NCBI GenBank assembly: GCA_951406725.2
Contig: OX597822.1
Coordinates: forward strand, 55,986,001 to 56,050,000
Length of the DNA: 64,000 nt
Source: Octopus vulgaris
Lineage: Eukaryota
Reading direction: 5' to 3'
Below the pieces are notes generated by a model, which was given only the letters and a program-made list of their open reading frames with translations, was not told where the DNA came from and ran no database searches. Numbering within the stretch: the first letter of the stretch is position 1; each line of letters starts with the position of its first letter. The position numbers were made by a program, and so were the translations under genes. This document shows, piece after piece, positions 28,266 through 39,424 of the stretch.

Positions 28266-28663
28266 TTCTACCGCAAACAATATCGGCAGTGTGATAATGC
28301 CTAGTTATTGCAAACATCATCATCATCATCATCATCATCTTCATCATCATCATCATCATCATTAGACTTTCTCGTATATAAAATTACTTCCCCCACTACC
28401 ACTACTACTACCACCACCACCACCACCACCACCACCACCACCACCACCACTGTTATAATATCGTTACAGCTAACACCATTACTGCAGAAATTGAATGTTC
28501 TTCGAATAATGGAAAACTCGATATCATCATCATCATCATCATCATCATCACCACCACCATCATCATCTTCATAACTACTACCACCACCACCACCACCACC
28601 ACCATCACCACCACCACACCATCGCCAGCGCAACATAACCTCTCCTACTATCATCGCTGTGAT

Positions 28664-28713
<50 letters not shown>

Positions 28714-28800
28714 CCACCACCACCACCACCACCATCACCACAACCATCACCACCATCACCACAACCACCACCACAGCTGACACCACTACCGCACCACCTA
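28095..28800. repeat. Compound trinucleotide microsatellite (CAA/CAG/CTA/CAC/CAT)
   Basis: Direct read. Interrupted by stops in all frames. Confidence 0.9.
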
Positions 28801-29118
28801 AACAGCAGTCATTTTGCCACCACAATATACGAACTTACATGTAAAATAAACACACACCTACACACGTGCACATGCACACATACTGACATACACATAGGCG
28901 GGCGCCCATGCACACATAAACAAACCTCTGTAATGTCGTTATCACCATCAGCCAGTTCACTGATTGCCAAGTTAGCGTAGAGAAGGTACAAGAATAAGGA
29001 GTTCATATTTATTAGAAAAGTGTACGGAAAGTGTGTGTGTGTGTGTGTGAGTGTGTGTTTCTCTGTGTGTGTGTATATATATATACACACACATATATAT
29101 AGGCATACATGCACGTAC

Positions 29119-29150
<32 letters not shown>

Positions 29151-29164
29151 GTACATATATTTGC

Positions 29165-29260
<96 letters not shown>

Positions 29261-29261
29261 T

Positions 29262-29445
29262 CTTTTATTCTTTTATTTGTTTCAGTCATTTGACTGTGGC
29301 CTTACTGGAGCACCGCCTTTAGTCGAACAAATCGACCCCAGAACTTTTAAGCATAGTACTTATTCTATCGGACTCTTTTGCCTAACCGCTAAAATACGGG
29401 GCCGTAAACACACCAAGCGATGGTAGGGGGCCAAACATAAACATA
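29262..29445 (-). mobile_element. 3' half of CORE-like SINE (partner of the 5' half at 35335-35452)
   Basis: Reverse complement of the SINE tail, ending at the internal microsatellite junction. Confidence 0.8.
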
Positions 29446-29450
29446 TACAT

Positions 29451-29656
29451 ATGTTGATTCGTTAGCTACTGCACGCATTTTTTTCTCTCCTTCTTTCTGT
29501 GTTTTTTTCTCTCTGTGTATCTTTCTGTTGAAGAGCGTAGGCTCGAAACGTTAAAGACTTGTTTTATTTATATTTCCTGAGCGCCATACTAATACAATTG
29601 TTCGTTTGTTTTCCACCTGCCTTCGTCTTTTGTTTATTTTCATAAAGCTTCCCGTT
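29451..29656 (+). mobile_element. Short interspersed repeat ending in (TA)n, probably PLE-terminus derived; second copy at 44274-44480
   Basis: Near-collinear copies share GAAGAGCGTAGGCTCGAAACGT..CCTGAGCGCCATACTAATACAATTG..AAAGCTTCCCGTTATATA. Confidence 0.7.
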
Positions 29657-29765
29657 ATATATATATATATATATATATAATATAATAATAAATATTAGGG
29701 AATAAATCCAAATTTACAGGGAAAAAATCAGATTTAGGATTAAATCCAATTTTATAGTAAAATAT

Positions 29766-32045
29766 TATAAAATATTATTAGAGACAAAACCACTATTTTG
29801 CAAAACAAACAAGGAAATACTTAATCAATACTTAAAATTTTAATAAATACTCAAAAAAACCGCCACTACAATTGTTTCTTGTCTTGATCGACAATCTTCA
29901 GGTGGACTTCCAATCTAAAATATCAATATTTTAAAATATAAAAATAATAATTTAAAAATAATTAAAGTATTAATGAAAAAATATAAATATATAATCCATA
30001 TATAACCTATATATAATCCATATATAATCAATATATAAACTAAAATAAACCTATCAACAATTAAATATAAAATATAAAATATAAAATATAAAATAAAAAA
30101 ATATAAAATATAAAATATAAAACAAAACAAAAAAATAATAATAATATAATAATAAACTATATATACACCCATACACATATAACTAATTATATATAACCAT
30201 ATCTAACTACATACACTAAATCACACACCTATATATATATCCCTATACATACACATAAAAACGTCTAGGCAACTATAAATAAATAAAATAGCTAAATACT
30301 TCAACACAATACTTATTCATACTCCCACACACACACATACAACCCACATTCACGCTCTAGAAACGGACATCACTTAAAATTATGAACGGAGAAATGGAAT
30401 AAATGGAATTAAAAATTATATTCACTTGGTAAAACGAACACTACTTAAAAATTATGAATGAAACAATGCAATAAAACAACAGACATCGCAAATAGACACA
30501 AATTACTACGAATTCCTTAACAATCCTACCATGATAAACCAAAACTCATAAAAACATATAATGATAAAATCTCCCTTTACTAAACTCTATAACATACCTA
30601 TATAGCAATCCCCCTAGCCTAAACATTCACACACAAATACACACACGTAAACCACACACCCACGACATATACAAATACCCACACCACTTACACATACCTA
30701 TACATACATATAAACCTCAACATATACTCCAAAAACCCACTCAACCCCACACAGACAAATAAACACAAAAATTATGAATGGATTCTTTTATAAAACTACC
30801 ATGATAAGCTAAAACTCACAAAAACATTAATGATAAAACCTCCCTTTACTAAACACTATAACATACTTATATAGCAATCCCTTTAACCTATACATTCACA
30901 CACAAATACACACACGTAAACCACACACCCATAACAAATACAAACACCCACCCCACTCACACACACCCACAAGTACATATAAGCCTCAACACATACACCA
31001 AACAAAATTACTTTACCAAGGAACTTAACATATGTATAAAAAGTATAACCGCTCTGGAAACAAGCATCTTTTAAAATAATGAATGGAGAAATGGAATAAA
31101 TGGAATTAAAAATAATATTCACGTGGCAAAACGAACACCACTCAAAAATTATGAATGAAACAATGTAATAAAACAACCAACATCGAAAATAGACAAATTA
31201 CCACAAATTCCCTAAAAAAACCATGATAAACCAAAACTCTTAAAAACATATAACGATAAAATCTCCCTTTGCTAAACTCTATAACAAACCTATATAGCAA
31301 TCCCCCTAACCTAAACATTCACACACAAATACACACATGTAAACCACAGACCCACGACTTATACAAATACCCACCTCACTCACACATACCTATACTAACT
31401 TATAAACCACAATATACACCAAAAACCCACTCCCTCCCCACACAGACAAATTATCACATACATCCCAAAACCTAAATAACAAACCCATATACACATTCAC
31501 ACACAAACACACACACACGCAAAACACACACACACAACAGATACATATACTCCCTCACATATACGCATATACATACTCACTAAACTCGATATATACAACA
31601 ATATTTACACACCCACACTCATACAGATAAATAAATTATACAACTAAAAACTCACACACAATCTCATATACATAAACACTCCAATGAAAAACAACATTAA
31701 ATACATCGTAATTAACCAGAATATCAAAAATAACAATATGACATAAGGAGAAATAAAATACATACTTACAAGTCAGTTTCAAATTATGAAGTGAAATTAA
31801 ATTCTAAGTCGTTAAAAAAAACCAAACCAAAATTACGTTACCATGGAAAAATAACTTATGTATAAAAAGAATACGCGCCATGGAAAGTAAACGTCATTTA
31901 AAATTATGAATGTAGAAATAGAATAAATGGAACTAAAACCTATATCCACGTGGCAAACCAACACTACTTAAAAAAAAAAAAAAAAAAAAAAATTATTATG
32001 AATGGATTCTTTAATAAAACTACCATGATAAATTATTATATACAT
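29766..32045 (-). repeat. Left arm (about 2.28 kb) of long inverted repeat
   Basis: Reverse complement of 33013-35298. Mirrored ORF pairs in the track differ by only a few residues. Confidence 0.95.
29863..29905 (-). ncRNA. Minimal type I hammerhead ribozyme
   Basis: Exact reverse complement of the motif at 35158-35200. Confidence 0.75.
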
Positions 32046-33012
32046 AATAATATAAGTGCCCACTTCATTCGCGCGTACCTGGAATTGCATGTGAGCCTCA
32101 ACATATACACCAAACGGCCACTCCCGCCCCACACGGACAAATAAACACATACATCCCCAAAAATGGGCGTAATCCCACTCACACCAATCATATATGTATA
32201 CAATTATACACACTAGAATAATACATAACTAACCCAAATATACAGAACATACCAAAAATCACCAACAAACCACCATCACAAATGAAACCCACACCCATAC
32301 AATGACAAAACTCCCCCTCCATACCCAATTTACACCCACATAGCAATCCCAATATATTCATCCATACATGGACGCACGGGCGTGAAGCACATGCACACAA
32401 CAAATACGTACAACCCCCCAATACACACTCATATACATACGTATCAAGCTCGACATCCACATTAATACGCTTACACCCACTCACACCCAGATGGGTGAAC
32501 TGCACAACCAAGGAACGCACACACACACGTGTGCGTATTTTGATTGTGCAATTCGCCCATCTGCATGTATGCGGGCGCGATTACACCGTTGCACATATCG
32601 AGCCCAACTAGCATGCATATGTACATGTGAGGGGGTACACGCACATGCCGTGCGCGTGTACCCCCCGCATTTATACCCGTGCGTGAATATACACATGGAG
32701 ACTACCACACAGGTACAAATGTGTATAGTAAAGGGAGCCCCATCACTACACTCAATGTATACTCTCACCCATCCGCACGGATGTGAAAGCGAATCACCGG
32801 TGTATATATTGAGGCTAATACGTAGCGCTGTGGAGGTGAACGTCGTGGAAATTGTGAATGAATGGGTGGAGTTGGGAATTGTAACCGGGTGGTGGGCTAG
32901 CGTTGCTTGGAATTGGGAATGGAATAGTGTAGTAATAAGGCAGGCATCGAGAATAGATTTGGGTTACTGCAAATTGTTTGTTAGAGCTGCTAAGATGAAC
33001 TAAAGCTCATAA

Positions 33013-35288
33013 ATGTATATAATAATTTATCATGGTAGTTTTATTAAAGAATCCATTCATAATAAATTTTTTTTTTTTTTTTTTTTTTTAAGTAGTGTTG
33101 GTTTGCCACGTGGATATAGTTTTTAGTTCCATTTATTCTATTTCTCCATTCATAATTTTAAATGACGTTTACTTTCCATGGCGCGTATTCTTTTTATACA
33201 TAAGTTATTTTTCCATGGTAACGTAATTTTGGTTTGGTTTTTTTTAACGACTTAGAATTTAATTTCACTTCATAATTTGAAACTGACTTGTAAGTATGTA
33301 TTTTATTTCTCCTTATGTCATATTGTTATTTTTGATATTCTGGTTAATTACGATGTATTTAATGTTGTTTTTCATTGGAGTGTTTATGTATATGAGATTG
33401 TGTGTGAGTTTTTAGTTGTATAATTTATTTATCTGTATGAGTGTGGGTGTGTAAATATTGTTGTATATATCGAGTTTAGTGAGTATGTATATGCGTATAT
33501 GTGAGGGAGTATATGTATCTGTTGTGTGTGTGTGTTTTGCGTGTGTGTGTGTTTGTGTGTGAATGTGTATATGGGTTTGTTATTTAGGTTTTGGGATGTA
33601 TGTGATAATTTGTCTGTGTGGGGAGGGAGTGGGTTTTTGGTGTATATTGTGGTTTATAAGTTAGTATAGGTATGTGTGAGTGAGGTGGGTATTTGTATAA
33701 GTCGTGGGTCTGTGGTTTACGTGTGTGTATTTGTGTGTGAATGTTTAGGTTAGGGGGATTGCTATATAGGTTTGTTATAGAGTTTAGCAAAGGGAGATTT
33801 TATCGTTATATGTTTTTAAGAGTTTTGGTTTATCATGGTTTTTTTTAGGGAATTTGTGGTAATTTGTCTATTTTCGATGTTGGTTGTTTTATTACATTGT
33901 TTCATTCATAATTTTTGAGTGGTGTTCATTTTGCCACGTGAATATTATTTTTAATTCCATTTATTCCATTTCTCCATTCATTATTTTAAAAGATGTTTGT
34001 TTCCAGAGCGGTTATACTTTTTATACATATGTTAAGTTCCTTGGTAAAGTAATTTTGTTTGGTGTATGTGTTGAGGCTTATATGTACTTGTGGGTGTGTG
34101 TGAGTGGGGTGGGTGTTTGTATTTGTTATGGGTGTGTGGTTTACGTGTGTGTATTTGTGTGTGAATGTATAGGTTAAAGGGATTGCTATATAAGTATGTT
34201 ATAGTGTTTAGTAAAGGGAGGTTTTATCATTTATGTTTTTGTGAGTTTTAGCTTATCATGGTAGTTTTATAAATGAATCCATTCATAATTTTTGTGTTTA
34301 TTTGTCTGTGTGGGGTTGAGTGGGTTTTTGGAGTATATGTTGAGGTTTATATGTATGTATAGGTATGTGTAAGTGGTGTGGGTATTTGTATATGTCGTGG
34401 GTGTGTGGTTTACGTGTGTGTATTTGTGTGTGAATGTTTAGGCTAGGGGGATTGCTATATAGGTATGTTATAGAGTTTAGTAAAGGGAGATTTTATCATT
34501 ATATGTTTTTATGAGTTTTGGTTTATCGTGGTAGGATTGTTAAGGAATTCGTAGTAATTTGTGTCTATTTGCGATGTCTGTTGTTTTATTGCATTGTTTC
34601 ATTCATAATTTTTAAGTAGTGTTCGTTTTACCAAGTGAATATAATTTTTAATTCCATTTATTCCATTTCTCCGTTCATAATTTTAAGTGATGTCCGTTTC
34701 TAGAGCGTGAATGTGGGTTGTATGTGTGTGTGTGGGAGTATGAATAAGTATTGTGTTGAAGTATTTAGCTATTTTATTTATTTATAGTTGCCTAGACGTT
34801 TTTATGTGTATGTATAGGGATATATATATAGGTGTGTGATTTAGTGTATGTAGTTAGATATGGTTATATATAATTAGTTATATGTGTATGGGTGTATATA
34901 TAGTTTATTATTATATTATTATTATTATTTTTTTGTTTTGTTTTATATTTTATATTTTATATTTTTTTATTTTATATTTTATATTTTATATTTTATATTT
35001 AATTGTTGATAGGTTTATTTTAGTTTATATATTGATTATATATGGATTATATATAGGTTATATATGGATTATATATTTATATTTTTTCATTAATACTTTA
35101 ATTATTTTAAAATTATTATTTTTATATTTTAAAATATTGATATTTTAGATTGGAAGTCCACCTGAAGATTGTCGATCAAGACAAGAAACAATTGTAGTGG
35201 CGGTTTTTTTTGACTATTTATTAAAATTTTATGTATTGATTAAGTCTTTCCTTGTTTGTTTTGCAAAATAGTGGTTTTGTCTCTAATA

Positions 35289-35298
<10 letters not shown>
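33013..35298 (+). repeat. Right arm (about 2.29 kb) of long inverted repeat
   Basis: Reverse complement of 29766-32045; G/T-rich strand with modular subrepeats. Confidence 0.95.
35158..35200 (+). ncRNA. Minimal type I hammerhead ribozyme
   Basis: ccac CTGAAGA ttgtc-gatcaa-gacaa GAAA caattg TA gtgg: stem I 4 bp, stem II 5 bp, palindromic stem III, GUA cleavage triplet. The stem II closing pair is U-A rather than the usual G-C. Confidence 0.75.
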
Positions 35299-35331
<33 letters not shown>

Positions 35332-35334
35332 ATA

Positions 35335-35452
35335 TACGGCGGGCTTCTTTCAGTTTCCGTCTACTAAATCCACTCACTAGGCTTTGGTCGGCCCGTGGGT
35401 ATAGTAGAAGACACTTTCCCAAGGTGCCATGCAGTGAGACTGAAACCAGAAC
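35335..35452 (-). mobile_element. 5' half of CORE-like SINE
   Basis: GGCTTCTTTCAGTTTCCGTCTACTAAATCCACTCAC..GAAGACACTTTCCCAAGGTGCC is the reverse complement of the SINE head. Confidence 0.8.
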
Positions 35453-35661
35453 CAAATATATACAGACATATATATATACACACATATATATGCATGCACA
35501 CGCACACAGACACGAATATATACATTTGCATACACACACATATATATACGTATGCATGTGCACGTATAAATATATATGTATATATTCGTCATATGCGCGC
35601 GTGTGTGTGTGTGTTTATGTGTGTGTGAATGCGCGTGTGTGTGTGTGTATGTGTGTGTATA

Positions 35662-35902
35662 CAGGGTCGGCCAAAAGTCACCCCAGAGTAAATCAAAATT
35701 CCACAAATACTATCTGTAATTCTACATTGACACGAATGGAAAAATGTGTTACTGAAGAGGGACTTCAGTTTGAACGAATTCCATGATGCTTCATATTTAG
35801 ATGCTTTTATTAAATTATTAAATTCATTCAGTTGTTAAACATAAATAAATCTTGGAATTAAATGGTTTTGATTTACTGTCAGTTGACTTTTGGCCAATCT
35901 TG
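35662..35902. mobile_element. Tc1/mariner MITE
   Basis: TA-flanked TIRs CAGGGTCGGCCAAAAGTCA..GTAAATCAAAA / TTTTGATTTAC..TGACTTTTGGCCAATCTTG. Confidence 0.8.
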
Positions 35903-35923
35903 TACATATACATACATACGTAC

Positions 35924-35992
<69 letters not shown>

Positions 35993-35999
35993 TAGATAT

Positions 36000-36412
36000 A
36001 TTATGGGCTACCACAAAGAGAGAAGAGCAGAGACTGGTAACGGCTCAAAGAGCCATGGAAAGGTCAATGCTTGGTATCTCGTTGAGTGAGCACATCAGTA
36101 GCGAGATCATCAGAAAGAAGTCCGACGTGAGGGATGTCATCGCAGTGTATACACGCAGCAAGTTTAGATGGGCTGAACACGTCGCCCGGCTCACCGATAA
36201 TCGGTGGACCCGCGCAGATGTCGAGTGGTACCCGCGCGAGCGGAAACGACCACCTGGAAGGCCTCCACGACGGTGGAGTTTCGATTTCAGGAGAACGATT
36301 GGGATCACGTGGATGAGAAAGGCGCGATCCAGAAAAGTGTGGACAGCGTGCTGTGACCAGTGGTGTCAAATGGACGCCTGACGGACTGGTCGGTCAAGGT
36401 GATCAAGGTGAT
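36000..36412 (+). mobile_element. 3' fragment of RTE-clade LINE
   Basis: AQRAMERSMLGISL..KFRWAEHVAR.TDNRWT...EWYPRERKRPPGRPPRRW, ending in a short tandem tail (CAAGGTGAT)2. Confidence 0.85.
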
Positions 36413-37029
36413 ATTTATAGATAGATAGATAAATCGATAGATAGAGAAATGTAGGGCAGGCGAGACAACTCAACCAAAATCTCATTCAAGAGTGACGGAC
36501 AGGCCAATCGCAACCTGTCGGCAAATACACGGAACATATACGTTGAGTATATGTGGTCGATAATGTTTGTTACGCTAGCGCTTCTTCTATTTCATTTCAT
36601 ATTTGAATTTATTCTTACGTATGTATCGTCCTGGCATATCAGCATATAGTATTCACACTATATGAATACAAGTCGCGGCGACACACGAACTCACATGTGC
36701 GGACACACGCACAAACACACAAATACACACACACACACACACATGAATGCTAAATTAGTCAACTCGAGAAGCGTGCACACTCATAAAACATGCACATACA
36801 CACACTCGAGCGCGCACACCCAATTAAGCATATATTATGCGGGATAATGCAATATGCAGAAAATATAATTAAGATTCGCACATTAAAATAACCGTACATA
36901 TTCCCACACTCGCTCACTGTCGAATGGTGACATGGTGTAGTGGTTTTGAAGCATAGATGATGACTATGACGCTAAAGGTTCAATTCTCAAACCAGGTTGC
37001 TCATCATTTTATTTAATAAGGCACTTCAT

Positions 37030-37483
37030 TGGGTTGATAGAGGAATAGGAACTAGAAGTGTCAAACTGGATAAACTTAGTGCACTTCTTGTTATTAATAG
37101 AATTAAACCAGTTGACCACTTGGAAGGAATTAGGCTATAGATTAAGCTTTAATTTTTTTTAATAAGGTAGGAATATATTTATCTAGAATATTTTTGCTAA
37201 GAACACCGATATCAGAGCTAGAAGAACAAATAAGTCGTAAGGTTGGGTTATTAAAAAAATTCTGTTTGTGATGCAGTTTGACATTTCTAGTCTCTATTCC
37301 TCTATCAACACAATTGGCTCGCACACAACAAGGTAGGTCGCATCAAGGATGAAATTAATGTCGTGTTAGACACCGGAAAATCTACTATTAAATTTGACAA
37401 CAAGTGGGTCGGTAAAAATATGCCCGACAGTTCTGATGTCAAGATGGAAAGTTCTGATTCAGCACAAATCGCTGATTTAGTCA

Positions 37484-37565
<82 letters not shown>

Positions 37566-39371
37566 TTTATGAGATGGCTGGCCAATTCCCAAACATCAAT
37601 GGAGGTCAATATCGTGGTGATTGTCTACCCTGCCTTCAAAATGCTTCTAAACAAAAATTTACAAAGGGTTAAAAATAGTTTTGTCAAATTTTACCGAAAC
37701 CTGGGCTTAAACGTTGTTTTGAACTAAACCCAACTTTTTAGATATTACCCTTAACTTACATAATGATTCATATTTCCCATACAATAAACCCTCAGCTAAT
37801 TTAAAACATATTAGCTCTTTCAGTAATCATTCGAAGGCTATTACAAGGAATTTAGTTAGAAATATTTCACTTTGGCTGTCTAGATTATCTGCCAATGTTG
37901 ATATCATCAACGATAAAGCCGAATTTTATAACTCTGCCTTACTTAAAGCAGGCTATAAAGACAAAATAACCTATATCAACCCTATTGATATTAATCACAC
38001 CTCTGTTAATCAAGACATGAAATCAAGTCATAACGATATTAACAATATAAATTTTAATTCGAATAACAACACTAAATCGAGTAATGGAATTCTGCAGCGT
38101 AAGGGAGATAACCGTTCTTCAAGACCGTTTTTTTCGTTATAAAAGTACGTCTAGGAATTTTAAAGATAATTACCCTAATAAAAAGGTATGTCCTAGCAAA
38201 ACAGTTTGGTTGATAATTCCATAAGGTAAGCAGATCAAATTCAACCTCCCTTACTAGTTTCATGAAGCTATAGATAAGAATTTCCCCAAAAGTTCAAGAT
38301 ACTATTCTATTATCAATTCACACCTAATCAGGAGAGGGTTTTCAAACACCAAAAACCATTCACAAGTTATCTCTTCACATAACAATAAGTTGTTAAATAC
38401 AAATCCACTTAATGAAAATTGTAACATTGATATTATTAACACTAACCATTCTTTGAATAATAATAGCAACAATATTAGTATTTCTGATATAAATTCCAAT
38501 CGCATTCGTTTTTTTAGCAGTAACTTTAAGACTAGAAAAATTATTTCCAGCTGTGATGTTTTTTTTACATAGGTAGTTCTTCATCTCAGTTGTCCAAAAG
38601 AATATCTAACCATTACTCTACATTTAGACATGTCAATAAACGTAACATTTCTGAGTTTAGTAAATTTGTTTGGTCTCTAAATGAACATAATAAACAATTT
38701 GATTTGGAATGGAATATTCTATCTAGATCCTTTCCTTATGATAAAGGTAAATCCGTTTGTTCGCTCTGTAACGATGAACTGTATATCATCCTGTTCACAG
38801 AGAATCCTCTTGTAAACACGTTTAAAGAACGCGTTTATCGTTGCAAACATTGGCAAAACATACCATTAGTTCCTATTAGCGATTTTTACCAGTCTATTAA
38901 ATTCGACCTTTAACTGTCTTCTTACATTTCACTTCCACTAAATATATCTATTTCCACGCCCTAACCCCATTTACCTATCGCACTAACCCTATTCACCTAT
39001 CGCACTATATTTCCCTTTTCAACTATCGCACTATATTTCCCTTTTCAACTATCGCTCTATATTTCTCCATTTTTAGTTTTCTGCTAATTTCTTCCGTCCT
39101 CCTCCTTCTCTTTCTATAAATTGTCTTTGACGCTATATCTATTACCGTTTTTTTTAAAAAAAATAACTTACCAGCGTTCCCATCATCATATATGCAGTAA
39201 TCACATTCGGTTAAAATGTCTTATTGATGCGTTTTGTTTCTCTTTTTTTCCCTGATGAGAAGATTGCACTGTTTTACATCAATTGATCACTTCTGGAATG
39301 ATACCAATGTTTTCTTCGGAACATATGTCGGAAGTATACAGATTTAAATAACACCTGCGTTTAACTCCATT

Positions 39372-39375
<4 letters not shown>
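37030..39375 (+). mobile_element. Decayed Penelope-like element (RT + C-terminal GIY-YIG) with inverted 5' segment and 3' HHR
   Basis: RT motifs QFDISSLYSSI, DVKMESSDSAQIADLVSIYI, GQYRGD, NFLDITLNL..YFPYNKP. GIY-YIG FYIGSS..LSKRISNHYSTF..SKFVWSL..WNIL..PY..CSLCNDE. The N-terminal RT part lies inverted at 37030-37275. Confidence 0.85.
39248..39333 (+). ncRNA. Type I hammerhead ribozyme in PLE 3' terminus (one core substitution)
   Basis: ttcc CTGATGA gaaga...tcttc GGAA(for GAAA) catatg TC ggaa; palindromic stem III, GUC triplet. Confidence 0.65.

Positions 39376-39423
<48 letters not shown>

Positions 39424-39424
<1 letters not shown>

Noticed and set aside
28059-28844. PolyQ/polyH/polyT stretch as an exon of a transcription factor
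   Set aside because: Stops interrupt all frames and there is no non-repetitive domain; it is a compound microsatellite.
32491-33003. 170-aa ORF in the palindrome spacer as a transposase or cargo gene
   Set aside because: No recognisable motif. It crosses the point where strand asymmetry flips, and its composition mirrors the CA/GT-biased DNA.
38980-39065. 26-bp tandem repeats as a CRISPR-like array
   Set aside because: Contiguous minisatellite without spacers in the PLE 3' UTR of a eukaryotic genome.
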